Shown here: positions 57,001-64,000 of the stretch, in pieces
Position numbering within the stretch: the first letter of the stretch is position 1
How the letters are laid out: each line of letters starts with the position of its first letter
DNA from: Macrostomum lignano
Taxonomy: Eukaryota
Direction: 5' to 3'
Length of the DNA stretch: 64,000 nucleotides
NCBI GenBank assembly: GCA_002269645.1
Contig: NIVC01002639.1
Location: 89,879 to 153,878, forward strand
Position numbers and translations under genes: made by a program
Notes under the pieces: generated by a model
Seen by the model: the letters and a program-made list of their open reading frames with translations, nothing else
The model's database searches: none
What the model was told of the DNA's origin: nothing

Positions 57001-60000
57001 TGTACATTGACGCGGGATTCTTCTCTTATCTAAGCCTAGAGTGTACACTGACGCGGGATTCTCTGATCTAAGCCCAGAGTGTACATTGACGCGGGATTCT
57101 TCTCTTATCTAAGCCTAGAGTGTACATTGATGGACACGTGATTCTCTTATCTAAACCTAGAGTGGGCATGTGATGTGTTTCACTCTTCTAGACCAAGAGT
57201 GTATTCAGATCGCTTGACTTATCTCTAGGACAAAGCTTAATATAGATCACGTGACCCCATCTCTAACGCCTACTAAAATGTAATTTGAGCAGGCGTAACT
57301 CACCTCGATCAGAGCTAAACTTAAGCTGAGCTCGAACAGTGTTGTGACCTCCCCACAACAGACTGGCATTGACCGCCAGTGTTTTTAATTTGGTGTTGAG
57401 TACAATCTCGTTCTCGTAGTACTCTTTGTTGCCCTGAAAAATGTCATTTAATCCACATAGTATTATTTAATTACCTAAAGCGGATTCATTTACCTTAAAT
57501 ACTCGCGTAGCATGGCAATAATCGACATAAACTTACAGATTTCATCTGAGCAACGGTGTCCTGCAGTTTGACGCCTTTGCCAATATTTTCCACTACCGAC
57601 TCCATCAGCTGTTGGGGAGTAAATTATGAAATGAACCAGTTGACATGGCGACCCAACTGGATTTTAGTGTGTGTCAGAGTAGACTTCAAGGTGCCAGAGT
57701 AGACTTCAGGGTGTCAGAGTAGACTTCAGGGTGTCAGACTAGACTTCAGGGTGTCAGAGTAGACTTAAGGGTGTCAGAGTAGACTTCAAGGTGCCAGAGT
57801 AGACTTCAGGGTGTCAGAGTAGACTTCAGGGTGTCAGAGTAGACTTTAGGGTGTCAGAGTAGACTTCAAGGTGTCAGAATAGACTGCAGGGTGACAGAGT
57901 AGATTTCAGGGTGTCAGAGTAGACTTTGGGGTGTCAGAGTAGACTGCAGGGTGACAGAGTAGATTGCAGGGTGTCAGAGTAGACTTTGGGGTGTCAGAGT
58001 AGACTTCAAGGTGTCAGAATAGACTGCAGGGTGTCAGAGTAGATTGCAGGGTGACAGAGTAGACTATAGGGTGTCAGAGTAGACTGCAGGGTGTCAGAGT
58101 AGATTGCAGGGTGACAGAGTAGACTGCAGGGTGTCAGAGTAGACTTCAAGGTGTCAGAATAGATTTCAGGGTGTCAGAATAGATTGCAGGGAGACAGAGT
58201 AGACTGCAGGGTGTCAGAGTAGACTTCAAGGTGTCAGAATAGATTGCAGGGTGTCAGAGTAGACTGCAGGGTGTCAGAGTAGACTTCAAGGTGTCAGAAT
58301 AGATTGCAGGGTGTCAAAGTAGATTGCAGGGTGACAGAGTAGACTTTAGGGTGTCAGAGTAGACTGACTTCAAGGTGTCAGAATAGATTGCAGGGTTTCA
58401 GAGTAGACTTCAGGGTATCAGAGTAGACTGCAGGGTATCAGAATAGATCGAAGGGTGTCAGAATAGAAGCTATAGCTGAACCCACCGTAGGCGGATGCGA
58501 GCTCTTCTTAATGATGCTGCTGAGGCAGCTGACCATCTGGGTGAGAATGCGGGGCTCCACCACGATGGCTGACAGCTGGGCGCAGAACTCCACCGCTGAA
58601 GCTGTCATTCTATCAAAAATCTCTTTCTCCCGCTGGTAGTCCTTGTCCTCGTCCAGTTCGTAGAAGCGCTGAGCGAAGGCTTGCAAGAAGGGCAGCACCG
58701 CGTCGAACACGTAGTGAAGCGACGAGTGACCTCGGAAATCATCTTCGCGCATCTTCACCACGGCGCTGTGCGCATGATGATTATAATAATAATAATAATA
58801 TTACTAAAAAAAATTTATGTTTGGAAACAATATGTCAAGGTGCCCCAAAATTTCAAGGTGTCCTTAGATGCCAAGGTGCCTCAAGATATCACGGTGCCCA
58901 AAGATGCCAATGTGCCTCAAGATGTCACGGAGCCCCAAGATGTCAAGGTGCTCCAAAATGTCAAGGTGTCCTTAGATGCCACGGTGCCTCAAAATGTCAC
59001 GGTGTCCTTAGATACCAAGGTGCCTCAAGATGTCACGGTGCCCCAAGATGTCAAGGTGCCTCAAGATGTCACGGTGTCCTTAGATACCAAGGTGCCTCAA
59101 GATGTCACGGTGTCCAAAGATGCCAAGGTGCCTCAAGATGTCACGGTGCCCCAAGATGTCAAGGTGTCTCAAGATGTCCCGGAGCCCCAAGATGTCAAGG
59201 TGTCTCAAGATGTCACGGAGCCCCAAGATGCCAAGGTGCCTCAATATGTCACGGTGCCCCAAGATGTCAAGGTAATCCAAGATGTCACTGTGTCCCAATA
59301 TGTCAAGGTTCCTTGTCAATATGTCAATATTCCAGAAAAACTTAAAGAATCAAGTAAGTAGTCTGCTGTCAAAATAAAATCCTTTTGCTCACATCATCAT
59401 TAACTCACTTCTCAAGGTTGAGCTTCAACGGTTTGGTCTCGTCCTCCGCCACTAGTGAAGAGCACAGCGTGCAGGTGTCATGGAGACGCATTCTAAGAAA
59501 TAAAGCACAATCAGGTGAAGCATTTCTATTCAAAGTACTCTTTGGCAGCATTCAAAATACACCGACGACTTATTTACATTTTCGGAAAAGGCTTCTCGCT
59601 CATAAAGTACACAGTGTCCTTTTCCGCATCATCCCGGATCCAATAAGCCAGTCCGAGCAGTTCTCGACTGATGTGATCAATGAGATCCCAGATTTGGCTG
59701 AAATCGGTGCGTGATGCGGGTGTTAATCTGTACTTCTTCCAGAGGGTCGATAAGATCAAGCCAAGATGCACAAAAATGAGCTGCTTACCCGGTGACACTG
59801 AAATGCAGAATGGTGGTAAAGAGTCACTTTCAATTTTTTTCATTTGGTTTAACCCCAATAATGTAAAAATCTCCAATATGGCACTATAGACAACTTAGAC
59901 ACAACAGCACCCCAATTAGACACGACAGCACCCCAATTAGACACGACAGCACCCCAATTAGACACGACAGCACCCCAATTAGATACAACAGCACCCCAAT

Positions 60001-63000
60001 TAGATACAACAGCACCCCAATTAGACACAACAGCACCCCAATTAGACACGACAGCGCCCCAATTAGATACAACAGCACCCCAATTAGATACAACAGCACC
60101 CCAATTAGATACAACAGCACCCCAATTAGATACAACAGCACCCCAATTAGATACAACAGCACCCCAATTAGATAAAACAGCACTCCAATTAGACACGACA
60201 GCACCCCAATAAGACACAACAGCACCCCAATTAGACACAACAGCACCCCAATAAGACACAACAGCACCCCAATTAGATACAACAGCACCCCAATTAGACA
60301 CAATAGCACCCCAATAAGACACAACAGCACCCCAATTAGATACAACAGCACCCCAATTAGACACAACAGCACCCCAATAAGACACGACAGCACCCCAATT
60401 AGATACAACAGCACCCCAATTAGACACAATAGCACCCCAATAAGACACAACAGCACCCCAATTAGACACAACAACGTCTCAGTGAGGCACACCAACCGCA
60501 ATAGAGCATCATTAACCACTGACTCAACCAAATGTCCAACGTGACCAAAGTCAATAATCAGTTACAACATATCAAACTACTCACTTATCGTGCAAAATAT
60601 CAAGCGACCTGGTCTCGCCCGAAACGCTGGCACTTTTCATGTAAGCGTAGAAGAAGTATCTTAGAAACGGCTTCTTCAGATGATTCTCAACATTGGGATC
60701 GTTGAGTATATTGAGAATCTCCTCAGCACTGAGGATGGTCTGGCAGAGCGACTCGATGTAGCGGTTCTCGCCTTCGGCACACGTGGCCAGAAGATCAATA
60801 AAGCTGATCAGGTATTGGCAGTGATCAACTCCTCTGTTACCGTTTAGAACTTCCATTCTGGGTGATTTGGTATTGAAGGCGTGTCATTAGATCTAGTACT
60901 AGTATAAGTTCAGCTCACATTCCTCCCGTGTTGATCAACTTGTTTAAGCGGTAACCATCTTGTCTAACTAACGAAGATGGAGTGCAAACAGGAGTAACAG
61001 GGTAATTTACCTTGTCTAATTATGAATGATTCGCTTGTAAAGAACAGATAACCACATTTTTACTCGCAAATCTTGCTGTGTCCTTCTGGTGTTAGCCACA
61101 GCAAAAGACACCTCTGCTTCACGCCTAGTAGATTAGCATCTCCCCGCTCACCTGTCCTTGGCGCTGCACTGCTCTAAAATGTAAGCCACCCGGCTGTAGT
61201 TCTGCATCACGTACTTCATCACCAGGGTTTGATTGCGTTTCAACGCCAAACCGGTGCCTTCAACTTTGACGATGGCTGACAGCAGTTCCAGGAATTCGGG
61301 CGCTCTTTCCTGGCACTCGGAGACCAGATAGACAATTTTTAGAATCTGCTTTGGTAGCACCTTCAGGCACAGCTCCTGGTTGTTGGCGAACACCTCCTTG
61401 AGAGCCAGGGCCAGTTCCGGCTCGACCATGCGCACCTTCAGCAGGTTGTCCAGATTGTTGAACACCTGAGTTTGAACGTCGTCATAGTGCAAGGTGAGCG
61501 CCCTGAGCAGCTTGACGGCTTTGCGCAGGACGCTGGCGATTTCGGCGGAGTTCTCGGAGAAATTGGCGTCCGTCTCGGTGGCCAAAATGTCGAAGATGAC
61601 TTGGAGAACATCTGGGAGAGGAGAGTGGACAGTTGTACGGAAGTTTGGATGGGCTTTACCGCATCTCCTATCTATCCTCTCTGCCTGTTGTTGTTCAACG
61701 AGGGTGGGAAGCAGTGCTACCCGCGGATCAGGTCTCAAGGCCTGGAGAGAATACCTTATTGGGCGCTACTAACCCAAGCCTTATGGACTAAGACACCGCC
61801 AACCCACAGTGGAATCAGGGACGGTGCAAGGACCGAGTCCACCCAGGCCACCCCCCAACGACAAAACCGAGTGTGCTTTCCAAAGATTTTCAAAGCGGTC
61901 CGAGAGCAGGAATACCCAAAGTCTACGAAAAGAATGCTTTCAGATTGGAGCGAGTCTGGGCAGCTAGTTTACCAAGGGCGAGTCTCCTATCAGGTAAGCC
62001 CCGTACTAAGCCTCCTATAGGGGCTGCGAGCCTCAAGGCTTTTTCACCACCCAGCTCTAATAGATTTGGAGAGCGGAAAGACCCTGTGTGTTTGTACACA
62101 GACACTTCTTCCTAAAAGTATTTAATTAGCAAGTACTGAGTATTAGAAGTAAAAAAAATAGCGGAAAAACGGGAGGGACTTGATTGAAAATCTTTTGGCC
62201 AATATGACAGTTAATACCAATGCTACAGGAGAATCAGAATATGCTACATCATGTCTAGGTTCAAATGCAGCAGAGATTTGCATCCAATGTAGCAGCAAAT
62301 CATTTTGGTTTAGAAAGAAATTTAACTTCAAAGCTAGCATTGACTAACCTCATGAGCGACCTTTAAAAATTTACCAGAAAGGCTTTTGCTACTTCTGTTA
62401 CCATTGGTTTTTTTTAAAGAGTAACCTGTCTGCTGTAAACCATGTGTGTTAGTGTAGGGGTCGGCAACTTCGGCCCACGAAGCCTCTCTATCCGGCCCTC
62501 GGGTCCTTTGAAACTTCACAAAGTCTCTTCTCAGCTCACTTCTCCTCTCTCCTCTTCTCTCCTCTCTCCCTCTCCCCTCTCCCCTCTCCTCTCTCTTTTC
62601 CTCCCAACTCTCCTCTCTTCTCCTCTCTCTGTCCTGCAGTCGTGCGCTATAGATTCTATGCCTGGCCCCTAAGTTAAAGAAGTTTGCCGATCTATTGTGT
62701 GTCTGGGTACGTATCCTTGTGCTTGCGCATGCTCAGAGGTTAGCGGAATGGGGCATGACTCAACATCATCTTCCTCTTTTCATTTCGTCATCAACCGATA
62801 TTTCAAATAGAGAAGTTTGCAAAGTTAGAACCCCCCCCCCGACTCACTGTGGCTGATCATGAGACGCTGGTTCATTGGATGCGGCTCCTCCTCAGCCTTG
62901 GGCAGGTGGCACAGCTCGCACAGTTCGCCTAAAATAGTCTGCATTTTGAGAGCCTGCTCTGCAGTCCATTTGCTTCGGGTCATCATTCTGAGCAGGGGCA

Positions 63001-63757
63001 CCTGTTTGCTCAACTCGCGATGCACTCGACAAGAGTCCGGCGTGATCAGCACCAAGGAGTTGATGGCCTGCTGAAACATGGTGCTCTTGGATGAGTAGAG
63101 CTTGTTGAGCAGTTGGAGCGACAGCTGCACCATATCATCGTACTCGTAGTTTGCCAGATCCTGAAATATTTGGGTGGAAAAACGTCTTTTAGGCAATATA
63201 CCTTGCTAACAGTGCCTTTCCCAAAGTCGCAAATTCTAACAGCGATTAGAGGCTCCCTGCTTCTGCTGTACCGAATTGCTTTTTAACAATGGCCAGCCGA
63301 ATGTTTTTAACGGTATAGTTCCGAGGCTCGCGACGTGCGGCCCAGTCACGTCGTGAGCCTCGGAGTGATATTGACTATATCACTATTTGATTTGAACCGC
63401 TCGATAGAAAGTGTGGAGGCTCTCTACGATTTATGACTCATTACTGTTTAAGGCTGTCTACCGTTGATACTATCATTGTACATTATAAGGCTCTCTACGT
63501 ACTACATGTGTGCTAATGCTTTTAAGTTGCTGCATTTCTTAGCTCGAGTTTTACTTGATACCTTGGGTCTCTAGACATATACTTAAATATTTATTGGGCG
63601 CTAATATTATAGTCATAAAGTCACAATAGTTATTAGTGTACTATTTTAACTCACAATTAAAATCCCCGTGAGGCTGTCAACGTCCAGGAAACGCGACGAT
63701 TCGTCAAACATCGCTCGAAGCTCCTTCTTGATGGCGTTCTGCTTGCTTTTCGCGCTT
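35876..63757 (-). CDS. ITPR: Divergent inositol 1,4,5-trisphosphate receptor-family Ca2+ release channel (RIH, RIH-associated and 6-TM channel domains); 5' part lies beyond the window
   Basis: 27 GT-AG exons with consistent phases give ~1,811 codons. Motifs: CAEGENRYIESLCQ, ICDGQHFGLQNYLREQPDN, GLNIIFGIIVDTFSELR, CFICS..H..EHNMWAY, FFPLNRAL. Gene symbol denotes the family only. Confidence 0.92.
36058..36310. repeat. ~60-bp minisatellite (4 copies)
   Basis: gtgtacattcggggcagaagttttagcggttgaggggctagaaaactgaggcgcc. Confidence 0.9.
36420..36659 (-). CDS. ITPR: ITPR-like exon (C-terminal tail)
   Basis: attcag|GAG ... GAT|gtatgt. Confidence 0.75.
36768..36905 (-). CDS. ITPR: ITPR-like exon (FFPLNRAL, start of C-terminal helix)
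   Basis: taacag|CTT ... GAG|gtgaga. Confidence 0.88.
36998..37357 (-). CDS. ITPR: ITPR-like exon (TM6, C2H2 linker zinc finger)
   Basis: ccgcag|AAT ... CTG|gtaagc. Confidence 0.92.
37395..37580. repeat. ~22-bp GT-rich minisatellite
   Basis: gagctggtgagggttggttgag variants. Confidence 0.85.
37627..37805 (-). CDS. ITPR: ITPR-like exon (TM5, pore helix, GLIGD filter)
   Basis: ttccag|GC ... GAT|gtgatt. Confidence 0.9.
37891..38282 (-). CDS. ITPR: ITPR-like exon (TM2-TM4)
   Basis: caacag|T GAA ... G|gtgaga. Confidence 0.9.
38435..39060. repeat. 17-bp minisatellite
   Basis: tagatgttgccagttcc x~36. Confidence 0.97.
39118..39416 (-). CDS. ITPR: ITPR-like exon (TM1)
   Basis: tcacag|AAC ... AA|gtaagt. 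Confidence 0.88.
39563..39888 (+). mobile_element. tRNA-derived SINE with CORE-like central domain and (ATT)n tail
   Basis: A-box TAGCCTAGTG and B-box GGTTCGATTCC; core tgtgtcctttgaacaagacactcaactc...ctgtaaaatgg resembles the MIR/CORE motif; imperfect flanking duplication cttgcaaac / cttgcgaaac; two more copies at 7490-7880. Confidence 0.85.
39941..40059 (-). CDS. ITPR: ITPR-like exon (SMTIEILKNDNLQKIHF)
   Basis: tttcag|AG ... AAG|gttagc. Confidence 0.88.
40511..40613 (-). CDS. ITPR: ITPR-like exon (VGFSFYTILARL)
   Basis: cacag|GAA ... G|gtaatg. Confidence 0.85.
40700..41065. repeat. Unclassified interspersed repeat, copy 2 (see 9375-9745)
   Basis: Internal inverted pair ctactttagttcagtag (40706) / ctactgaactgaaagtag (41002). 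Confidence 0.7.
41075..41355. repeat. (AATCT)n-derived repeat
   Basis: taatc runs plus a 3x ~55-bp higher-order unit. Confidence 0.85.
41396..41686 (-). CDS. ITPR: ITPR-like exon (GNQENR...)
   Basis: cttcag|GGC ... GTG|gtgggt. Confidence 0.85.
41750..42635. repeat. 19/20-bp minisatellite filling an ITPR intron
   Basis: gaaatggcactttttatcc, then gaaatggcacttctggattc. Confidence 0.97.
42641..42925 (-). CDS. ITPR: ITPR-like exon (RIH-associated domain)
   Basis: ttgcag|GAC ... GCC|gtgagt. Confidence 0.9.
42965..43265. repeat. ~33-bp degenerate minisatellite
   Basis: gcttagcaacggtcattt variants. Confidence 0.8.
43336..43638 (-). CDS. ITPR: ITPR-like exon (basic, low-complexity insert)
   Basis: ccccag|TAC ... 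GAG|gtttgg. Confidence 0.75.
43680..44135. repeat. 27-bp minisatellite
   Basis: gtgtcgctttatcgacaaggaagggaa. Confidence 0.95.
44480..45949. repeat. 45-bp minisatellite, left block (~33 units)
   Basis: gaagcctgaagtgagggcggattctgattgggatcctgaggagtt. Confidence 0.97.
46429..47883 (+). pseudogene. Retrotransposon ORF1 (DUF4780/LOA-ORF1-like), one in-frame TAG at 47524-47526
   Basis: FRVWIP...LHPDL...TVILGL...HIGL pattern; the frame continues after the TAG to TGA 47883, followed by TA ATG of ORF2. Domain identity is from memory. Confidence 0.7.
47886..51568 (+). pseudogene. Retrotransposon ORF2: APE endonuclease, RT, RNase H, C-terminal CCHC-type knuckle; several stops and frameshifts
   Basis: QINLQH..LVQEPW, GDINAHH, SDH (APE); KAPGPDG, QHAFRAG, GSPQGGVLSP, YADD (RT); YTDGS, SDSQAAL, WIPGHAGFPGNELAD (RNase H); CIFC..HFVCHC. 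Confidence 0.92.
51674..52250. repeat. 45-bp minisatellite, right block (~13 units)
   Basis: Same unit and diagnostic variants as 44480-45949. Confidence 0.97.
52874..52891 (-). CDS. ITPR: Candidate 18-nt ITPR-like microexon (HGGQLM)
   Basis: ccatttttag|CATGGCGGACAGCTGATG|gtaagc; phase 0-0. Confidence 0.5.
53175..53610. repeat. ~30-37-bp minisatellite
   Basis: tacaccctatttctctcctctaccccattg variants. Confidence 0.9.
53876..53932 (-). CDS. ITPR: ITPR-like exon (QIRQYQIEQ...)
   Basis: ccgcag|CAA ... ACG|gtaagc. Confidence 0.75.
53995..54290. repeat. 33-bp minisatellite
   Basis: aaccccaatgtacacccaatcagtctcttctct. Confidence 0.92.
54394..54591 (-). CDS. ITPR: ITPR-like exon (KEEVFFYAVRNRL)
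   Basis: ttccag|AAA ... GAG|gtgagt. Confidence 0.88.
55007..55163 (-). CDS. ITPR: ITPR-like exon (MLFHANEKVQ)
   Basis: tttcag|G GGC ... CAG|gtaaga. Confidence 0.85.
55370..55605. repeat. 26-bp minisatellite (9 copies)
   Basis: agtagcgctggaacaaggactactca. Confidence 0.95.
55939..56118 (-). CDS. ITPR: ITPR-like exon (ILQILRAFMHNEE)
   Basis: atgcag|C ATC ... AA|gtgagg. Confidence 0.85.
56207..56345 (-). CDS. ITPR: ITPR-like exon (EALPLDEEFQ)
   Basis: cgccag|AG ... CG|gtaagc. Confidence 0.8.
56410..57170. repeat. 38-41-bp minisatellite
   Basis: agagtgtacattgacgcgggattctcttatctaagccc. Confidence 0.95.
57304..57433 (-). CDS. ITPR: ITPR-like exon (GNKEYYENE...WGGHNTV)
   Basis: tttcag|GGC ... 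G|gtgagt. Confidence 0.8.
57537..57608 (-). CDS. ITPR: ITPR-like exon (LMESVVEN...)
   Basis: caacag|CTG ... TCT|gtaagt. Confidence 0.75.
57670..58460. repeat. 20-bp minisatellite
   Basis: gggtgtcagagtagacttca variants. Confidence 0.95.
58486..58765 (-). CDS. ITPR: ITPR-like exon (LHYVFDAVLPFL)
   Basis: cacag|C GCC ... ACG|gtgggt. Confidence 0.85.
58820..59320. repeat. 18-bp minisatellite
   Basis: ggtgcctcaagatgtcac variants. Confidence 0.92.
59409..59492 (-). CDS. ITPR: ITPR-like exon (MRLHDTCTLC...)
   Basis: cttag|A ATG ... AA|gtgagt; only one frame is open. Confidence 0.7.
59578..59697 (-). CDS. ITPR: ITPR-like exon (QIWDLIDH...)
   Basis: tttcag|C CAA ... AT|gtaaat. Confidence 0.75.
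59890..60475. repeat. 21-bp minisatellite
   Basis: agacacaacagcaccccaatt. Confidence 0.96.
60585..60857 (-). CDS. ITPR: ITPR-like exon (LATCAEGENRYIE)
   Basis: cccag|A ATG ... AA|gtgagt. Confidence 0.9.
61152..61611 (-). CDS. ITPR: ITPR-like exon (RIH domain)
   Basis: cccag|AT GTT ... AG|gtgagc. Confidence 0.9.
62455..62695. mobile_element. hAT (Charlie-like) MITE with internal CT-rich expansion
   Basis: Left end TAGGGGTCGGCAACTTCGGCCC...ATCCGGCCC; right end GGCCCCTAAGTTAAAGAAGTTTGCCGATCTA. These are typical Charlie/MER-type ends. No clean 8-bp TSD. Confidence 0.65.
62848..63160 (-). CDS. ITPR: ITPR-like exon (DLANYEYD...MISH)
   Basis: tttcag|GAT ... A|gtgagt. Confidence 0.88.
63655..63757 (-). 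CDS. ITPR: ITPR-like exon (SAKSKQ...TGILI)
   Basis: ttttag|A ... ATT|gtgagt. Confidence 0.8.
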
Positions 63758-63864
63758 CTAAAAGGTTACAAAAATAAATTTTAAAACTAATTTCAGTACA
63801 GTCGAGAGTGAAGTTCGCTTAGGGAGATTGTGGGTTACGAAGACTTAAGTAGGGAGGTGACGTT

Positions 63865-64000
63865 TTACAAAGACTCCTGAACCTGACGTGTTACAAAGAC
63901 TCTTGAACCTGACGTGTTACAAAGACTCTTAACCTGACGTGTTACAAAGACTCCTGAACGATGATATGCTGCAGACTCTGGAACGCGTGACTTGTTACAA
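63865..64000. repeat. ~26-bp minisatellite at the window end
   Basis: acgtgttacaaagactcctgaacctg variants. Confidence 0.8.

Overview
Eukaryotic (metazoan) genomic DNA: GC-rich spliceosomal exons separated by introns that are mostly filled with minisatellites. This style resembles the flatworm Macrostomum, but the host is my inference only. I reconstructed four host genes by hand, with splice phases checked. (1) PRMT7, 4 exons, + strand, 8833-15647. (2) A klumpfuss-like C2H2 zinc-finger factor, 2 exons, - strand, 25620-18279. (3) A 104-aa secreted or neuropeptide-like precursor missed by the ORF track, 2 exons, + strand, 33730-34154. (4) The 3' ~1,800 codons of a divergent IP3-receptor-family Ca2+ channel, 27 exons including an 18-nt microexon candidate, - strand, 63757-35876. 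Its pore reads GLIGD rather than GGGVGD/GGGIGD. Mobile DNA includes a decayed, intron-containing PHD-FLYWCH-MULE transposase, a long-TIR Tc1/mariner deletion derivative, tRNA/CORE-like SINEs, a hAT-type MITE, and a near full-length LOA-like non-LTR retrotransposon (APE-RT-RNase H) inserted into a 45-bp minisatellite, plus a related 3' fragment. The best leads are the secreted peptide gene, the atypical IP3R, and minisatellites whose units appear to be amplified splice signals. All alignments and counts were done by eye; no database searches were run.
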